Shown: positions 59,050 to 64,000 of the stretch, piece by piece | Layout of the letters: every line of letters starts with the position of its first letter | Numbering within the stretch: the first letter of the stretch is position 1 | From: Gemmatimonadota bacterium | Lineage (GTDB): Bacteria; Gemmatimonadota; Gemmatimonadetes; Gemmatimonadales; GWC2-71-9 | Direction: 5' to 3' | Assembly (NCBI GenBank): GCA_039586365.1 | Contig: JBDHKN010000007.1 | Location: forward strand, 30,358 to 94,357 | Length of the DNA: 64,000 nt | Translations under genes and position numbers: made by a program | Notes under the pieces: model-generated | Seen by the model: only the letters and a program-made list of their open reading frames with translations | The model's database searches: none | Told to the model about the DNA's origin: nothing

Positions 59050-60735
59050 TCAGGTCCGACGCAGCACCATGCCAGGACGCACACCCGTGTGGTGACCCTC
59101 GTCGACCACAAGTTTGCCGTTGACGAGCACGTACCGGACTCCGACTGGGTACTGGTGCGGGTCATCGAACGTCGCCTGGTCCCTTACCTCTGCGGCGTCA
59201 AACACCACTAGGTCAGCCTTGCTACCGCGGGCAATGCGACCACGGTCCCGTAATCCCACGTGGTCAGCAGCCATACTCGTCATCTTCTTAATTGCCGTGG
59301 TCAGATCGAAGATCTTGCGTTCGCGACAATAATGACCGAGCACGCGAGGACAGGTTCCGTAAGAGCGTGGGTGTGGCCTGGTCTCGGCTGCCCTACCAGT
59401 TGGCGCCATGCTCGATCCGTCAGAGCCAATCATGACCAGGGGATGGGCGAGCACGAGCTCAACGTTCTCCGGACTCATCCCGTGTCCGACTATGCTCACG
59501 CGCCCCTCCTCCTCCGACACCAACCTGAGGGCAGCATCAACCGGATCGAGATCCCATTCAGCACCAAGCTGCACCAGGTCCATGCCGACTAGGTGACGGT
59601 TCTTCTCTGAGCGCGTCGAGGCGAGCACGATCAGATCGTAGTCCCCGGGATCGACCGCGATTTGGGAACTGTACGCTTCCCGAATCCGCGACCGGTCTGC
59701 AGGGTCCTCGAGTCGCTTAGCGAGCTGTGGCCACCCCCCTTCCAGCGCCCAGGAGGGCATGAAGATCGTCAGCCCGGTGGAATAGGCCGTGTAAGGATAG
59801 GCGTCAGCCATCACATCGACACCGTCACTGCGGGCCGCTTCGATTAGGTCCAGCGCAGCACGCTGCTTGGCCCAGTTTGGCCTTCCCGCGGCCTTCAGAT
59901 GCGAGATCTCGACCCGCACACCGGCATCCCGCCCCACCTGAATTGCTTCGTGTACCGCAGCCAGCAGATTCGCTTCTTCGTTCCGAATATGGGAGGCATA
60001 GAGGCCACCGCGCCGCGCCACAAGCCGCGCTAGTGCAACGATCTCCGCCGTGGGCGTGTATCGTCCCGGCGTATACTCAAGGCCGGTCGAAAGACCAAAA
60101 GCACCCTGGTCGAGACCTTCCTCAACAGCCCGCAATACGCTCGTCAATTCGCCTTGGGACAGACCCCGGTTCTCGAGCCCGACAGCGTTTTCCCTCACCG
60201 TACCCTGACCCAGGAGCATTGCCTGATTGGTGGCAACACCGATCTGCTCCAGCGTCTGGTAATAGGAGTCGACTCCTGTCCACTCCACATAAACACCATG
60301 GTCTTCCAGCACTTCAGCGCGAAACTCCTCTGCACTCGGTCCCTCCAGGGGAGCAGCGGAAGAGCCACAATTCCCGGTAACCTCGGTAGTGATCCCTTGG
60401 CGCACCCGACTGTCGGCACTGGGATAGGCGAAGATACTCGAGTCGGAGTGGGTGTGAACGTCGATGAAACCAGGTGCCACGTAGAAATCTGCGGCGTCCA
60501 GTGCGCGCCTGCCCTGCTCAGGAGCGATCGAGCCGACTGCAGCAATGGTATCACCGATGATACCCACGTCCACCCGCATTGCCGGGCCACCGGTACCGTC
60601 CAGCACATTCCCGTTCACGACGACCACATCGAAACTAGGCGACGGTAGGATACGAGATACCGGGTACATAGCTACACCCAGGGTCGCTGACACTCCTGTA
60701 CTCAGAAAGTCCCGGCGACTGACTTCACGCCTCAT
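59050..60735 (-). CDS. N-acyl-D-amino-acid deacylase (D-aminoacylase), Tat signal
   Basis: SRRDFL, PGFIDVHTHSD, GNCG, HIRNE, SHLK, GSDG, HPRSYGT. Confidence 0.92.
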   Translation of the reverse strand: MRREVSRRDFLSTGVSATLGVAMYPVSRILPSPSFDVVVVNGNVLDGTGGPAMRVDVGIIGDTIAAVGSIAPEQGRRALDAADFYVAPGFIDVHTHSDSSIFAYPSADSRVRQGITTEVTGNCGSSAAPLEGPSAEEFRAEVLEDHGVYVEWTGVDSYYQTLEQIGVATNQAMLLGQGTVRENAVGLENRGLSQGELTSVLRAVEEGLDQGAFGLSTGLEYTPGRYTPTAEIVALARLVARRGGLYASHIRNEEANLLAAVHEAIQVGRDAGVRVEISHLKAAGRPNWAKQRAALDLIEAARSDGVDVMADAYPYTAYSTGLTIFMPSWALEGGWPQLAKRLEDPADRSRIREAYSSQIAVDPGDYDLIVLASTRSEKNRHLVGMDLVQLGAEWDLDPVDAALRLVSEEEGRVSIVGHGMSPENVELVLAHPLVMIGSDGSSMAPTGRAAETRPHPRSYGTCPRVLGHYCRERKIFDLTTAIKKMTSMAADHVGLRDRGRIARGSKADLVVFDAAEVRDQATFDDPHQYPVGVRYVLVNGKLVVDEGHHTGVRPGMVLRRT

Positions 60736-60915
60736 AAACCCTCCACGCATGATTTGAAGAGGCTCAAATCAGCGGGCAGCGGTCAGCTGCTGCTCTCCGC
60801 TCCCCACTTTCCACTCACGTAACAGGCCGCTCCAGGATTGCCCGCAGTCGACTCATCAAGGTCGAGAATTGACGAGCGTAGAGACTCCAACTTGCCTCCA
60901 GCGGCCAAGGTAGGT

Positions 60916-62271
60916 CTACATACGCCGCGATTCGACCTTGGCCTTGTGCATCGGCAGATTGAGAGACGCACGACACCCAGTACGGTCCTCACGGTTCATC
61001 AGAGCTATTGTGCCACCATGCGCTTCTGCGATTTCCAAACAAAGTGAGAGACCGATACCAGATCCCTTCGCCTTTGTAGTGTAGAATGGAACGAACAGGT
61101 TGGAGGTATCGGTCAAGCCAGGACCCTCATCCTCAACGAGCACTTCCAAGTGACCATTCTTGGCGTGCCAGCCGACATCTACGCAGCCGCCGGTTTCGAG
61201 AGCTGCATCGACTGCGTTGTCGATCAGATTGATCAGCAACTGATCCAATTGGTCACCGTCTGCCAGAATCGTGACAGCACTGCCAGGAATGACGTTCACC
61301 TGCAGCCTGGTCTCGAGGGCAGCAACCCGCTGCACCCAGCTGGCCACGTCCACTGACTTGAGGATCGGAGGCGGCAGCCGCGCAAGTTGGGCGTATGATG
61401 CCATGAACCTACTCAGCGCCTCGGCTCGGGATGATATGATTGAGAGCCCCTGAATCATGTCTTGATCGCTGTCGGGTCCCATGTGGGATTTCTTGAGGAT
61501 GCTCTGCAAGCTATCGGCGAGCGAGCGAATCGGAGCGAGCGAGTTGTTTATCTCATGGCCCAGAACCCGGATCAATCGTTTCCACGCTTGGCGTTCCTCC
61601 TCGCGGAGGACCCGACTGAGGTCTGTGATGACGACGAGATGGTGCGGCCGTCCGTCCTGCCTGAACGTCGTTGCTCTGATCTCCCAGCGACCGGCCCTAT
61701 CGGGGAACGTGCGCTCGACGATCCGCGGGATCTCTCCGTCAAGACAGTCGGCGAGCCCGAGTTCTTCAGCCCTGAGACCGCGTACACTTCCTGCAGACTT
61801 CCCGATCAGCCGCTCACCACCTCGGTTGACCAGCCGCAACTGATGCTGTTCGTCAAAGGCGAAGATCGCAACATCGATTTCCTCCATGACCTTGCGGAGC
61901 AGCGCAGTCGCCTCGAGCGCTCCTAGTCGCTGGAGCCGCAGTGTCTCGCCCAGCGTATTTGCCTCGAGCATGGCCAGGCTGAGGGAGTCTCGTACGCCCG
62001 TCGGTCGCGTTCGCATCGAGAAATCTCCATCCTGAAGAGCCCCCAGCATGTTGGCCAGCGTCTGTAATGAGCGAGTCACCCGCTCCCGCAGCGCCACCGC
62101 GAATCCAATCCACAGAGCGCCAATTCCGATCGTCACAGTCCACTGCAACCTCGCCGCGAAGTCGCCAGTCCAGAGCATCACGAGTGCCACTCCACTGCCC
62201 GGCAACCCAGCTAGTAGGGCTAAGAAGAGGACATAGAAGTCAAACGAGAGACGTGACCGACCTGTGCTCAT
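60916..62271 (-). CDS. Sensor histidine kinase (2 TM, PAS-like, HATPase)
   Basis: AWKRLIRVLGHEINNSL, NLIDNA, DEGPG, FVPFYTTK..GSGIGL. Confidence 0.93.
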   Translation of the reverse strand: MSTGRSRLSFDFYVLFLALLAGLPGSGVALVMLWTGDFAARLQWTVTIGIGALWIGFAVALRERVTRSLQTLANMLGALQDGDFSMRTRPTGVRDSLSLAMLEANTLGETLRLQRLGALEATALLRKVMEEIDVAIFAFDEQHQLRLVNRGGERLIGKSAGSVRGLRAEELGLADCLDGEIPRIVERTFPDRAGRWEIRATTFRQDGRPHHLVVITDLSRVLREEERQAWKRLIRVLGHEINNSLAPIRSLADSLQSILKKSHMGPDSDQDMIQGLSIISSRAEALSRFMASYAQLARLPPPILKSVDVASWVQRVAALETRLQVNVIPGSAVTILADGDQLDQLLINLIDNAVDAALETGGCVDVGWHAKNGHLEVLVEDEGPGLTDTSNLFVPFYTTKAKGSGIGLSLCLEIAEAHGGTIALMNREDRTGCRASLNLPMHKAKVESRRM

Positions 62272-63659
62272 GTAGGTGCCCGCAGCCCGTACTCTTGTAG
62301 ACGGCGGTATAACGCACTTCGGCTGAGGCCGAGTGATTCCGCCGCGCGGCTGACGTTGCCCTCAAACCGCTTGAGAGCTTTCTCGATCAACAGCTTCTCA
62401 ACTTCTTCGAGTGTCAGCTCGTCCATTCGTTCACTGCCTCCCGAGACCGCCGCCAATCCCAGATCGTGAGCGCGTATCTTCTCTCCTTGGGCCATCAGCA
62501 CTGCACGCTCGATGGCATGCTCCAGTTCGCGGACATTGCCCGGCCATGGGTGGTCGAGCAGCATTGCGGTCGCGTCAGACGCAAAGCCGGTGACGTTTTT
62601 CCTGTAGCGCTCGGCGTGCCGTGGCAGAAAATGCATTGCTAGCGACATGACGTCTTCGCGCCGCTCACGCAATGGTGGTAGGTGAATCTCCACTGTGTTC
62701 AGTCTATACAGTAGGTCTTCGCGGAATCGCCCAGCGACGACTTCTTCCTGGATGTCCGCATTAGTAGCCGACAGAATTCGCACGTCGACTTTACGTATCT
62801 TGGACGAGCCAACCCGCTGCACTTCACCAGTTTCGAGGATCCGAAGAAGAGTTGCCTGCTGCTTCACCGGCACATTGGCGATCTCGTCGAGGAACAGTGT
62901 CCCACCATCGGCCATCTCGAAGCGACCGACACGATCGGCTTTCGCATCAGTGAAAGCCCCCCTCACATGGCCAAATAGCTCACTCTCGAAAACACCCTCC
63001 GACAAGCCACCTACGTTGACGGCCACGAGCGGGCGGGCGGATCGCTCCGACGACGCATGGAGCCATTGGGCTACTACTTCTTTCCCCGTGCCGTGCTCAC
63101 CAGTTATGAGAACGTTGGCCTCCGACGGACCAATTCGCCGCATCACTTCCAGGACCGGTTGCATCACTGACGATTCGGCTATGAACTCGGGGAGGCCCTG
63201 CCTTCGCAGGGTGCGGTTCTCGTCTTCGAGTCGCTGACTCTTGCGGAGCGCTCTTCCCAGCTCAATCTGAGTCGCCAGAGTGGCCAAGAGGCGAGCGTTG
63301 TCCCACGGCTTCTCGATGTAGTCCTTGGCGCCTCGCCGCATCGCCTCAACTGCACTCTCGACGCTCCCCCAGGCGGTCATGACCACGATGGGAAGAGTGG
63401 AATCCAGCGACCGAAGCCGCGTCAGCAGATCCATCCCCTCCAGTCCCGACGTAGTGTCGCGGGTGTAGTTCATGTCCATTAGGATGGCGTCGAACTCCTC
63501 ACCCTCTACGGCCCGCATAACTGCACCCGGTGACTTGGCCGTATCGATTCGATACCCCTCACCCTTGAGAAGCAGACGCAGAGCCTCGAGGACGTCCTGC
63601 TGATCGTCCGCAACGAGCACCCGCGGGGATGACGACTTCACTGTCACCTCAAGCTCCAA
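62268..63659 (-). CDS. Sigma54-dependent (NtrC-family) response regulator
   Basis: REC (ADD, MDMN, KPW), GEHGTGKE, ESELFGH..GAFTDA, FREDLLYRL, Fis HTH. The true start may be GTG 63641 or 63647. Confidence 0.94.
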   Translation of the reverse strand: MELEVTVKSSSPRVLVADDQQDVLEALRLLLKGEGYRIDTAKSPGAVMRAVEGEEFDAILMDMNYTRDTTSGLEGMDLLTRLRSLDSTLPIVVMTAWGSVESAVEAMRRGAKDYIEKPWDNARLLATLATQIELGRALRKSQRLEDENRTLRRQGLPEFIAESSVMQPVLEVMRRIGPSEANVLITGEHGTGKEVVAQWLHASSERSARPLVAVNVGGLSEGVFESELFGHVRGAFTDAKADRVGRFEMADGGTLFLDEIANVPVKQQATLLRILETGEVQRVGSSKIRKVDVRILSATNADIQEEVVAGRFREDLLYRLNTVEIHLPPLRERREDVMSLAMHFLPRHAERYRKNVTGFASDATAMLLDHPWPGNVRELEHAIERAVLMAQGEKIRAHDLGLAAVSGGSERMDELTLEEVEKLLIEKALKRFEGNVSRAAESLGLSRSALYRRLQEYGLRAPT

Positions 63660-63732
63660 CGCATTACGTGTCGGATTGCTCTCACACCTACAATTTGAGA
63701 CTTGTCAGGCGCGCGCGCCACGATTGCTGCTG

Positions 63733-63786
63733 CCTCAAATGTCCAACATGCCTCGGAAACCTCAAGTGTCCAGCGAACCTGGGATA
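63733..63786. repeat. Tandem imperfect 27-bp repeat (candidate bEBP upstream activating sites)
   Basis: CCTCAAATGTCCAACATGCCTCGGAAA / CCTCAAGTGTCCAGCGAACCTGGGATA, 20 of 27 identical by my count; each holds TGTCC-N10-GGA(A/T)A. Confidence 0.55.
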
Positions 63787-63888
63787 GACTCGCACACGCC
63801 TCGGAGTGGCCGGTTTGGCCCAGAGACGCACGCGCCTTTGATGAGGGTGCATAGTTGCTTGCGATACTCTGTCAGCCGCTCATAAAAG

Positions 63889-63925
63889 CCAGCAGCCATC
63901 AGATGTGGCATCTGGTGGCTGCTGG
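63889..63925. terminator. Long hairpin; terminator-like on the minus strand
   Basis: 17-bp stem CCAGCAGCCATCAGATG-TGG-CATCTGGTGGCTGCTGG (one G-U pair); the minus strand continues CTTTTAT. Confidence 0.55.
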
Positions 63926-64000
63926 TGATCTGGGAGCGGGTCAGTGGCCCGCGGCCGCCGCCTGCGGGCCACAACACACGGCGACCCACTCCGAGTCTAG

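Noticed and set aside
1258..63237. Numerous 60-300 aa ORFs antisense to or frame-shifted within real genes (e.g. 2423-3229, 10388-11203, 33675-34568, 52756-53550)
   Set aside because: These are expected shadow ORFs in GC-rich DNA; they show no motifs and are Arg/Pro/Ser-rich.
1..64000. CRISPR arrays, rRNA/tRNA genes, transposases, integrases and prophage genes
   Set aside because: No regularly spaced repeats or such genes were recognised by eye; a tRNAscan/Infernal/CRISPR scan would be needed to exclude them formally.

Overview
A gene-dense, GC-rich bacterial window. The gene repertoire (Hanks-type Ser/Thr kinases, duplicated MacB/FtsX 'ADOP'-type permeases, many exported S9/S10/M14 peptidases, TonB receptor, VPS10/BNR propeller protein) suggests Gemmatimonadota or a similar diderm heterotroph; this is inference only. 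From left to right: a Tat-exported PaoABC/YagTRS-like molybdoenzyme operon, a TetR-MMPL-LolA-like-barrel operon, a GH20 hexosaminidase, a block of exported hydrolases with ALDH/DASS/cyclophilin, an envelope-signalling island (28.3-39.8 kb), a csp-rpsU cold-shock operon, TonB receptor/lipoprotein genes, more hydrolases, a corrinoid methyltransfer operon and a sigma54 two-component pair. Two candidates stand out. (1) A single ORF fusing an XRE helix-turn-helix, a non-RD Ser/Thr kinase and a complete duplicated MacB/FtsX permease. It lies next to a second membrane kinase and near a stand-alone paralogous permease, both permease genes share a TGAAAC-N16/17-CGTA ECF-type promoter, and there is no ABC ATPase in the window. 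(2) A split, folate-domain-less methionine synthase operon in which a non-pyrrolysine MttB methyltransferase takes the place of the pterin-binding module. A likely attenuator in the csp leader and several operator-like elements are also noted. I saw no rRNA, tRNA, CRISPR array or transposase.
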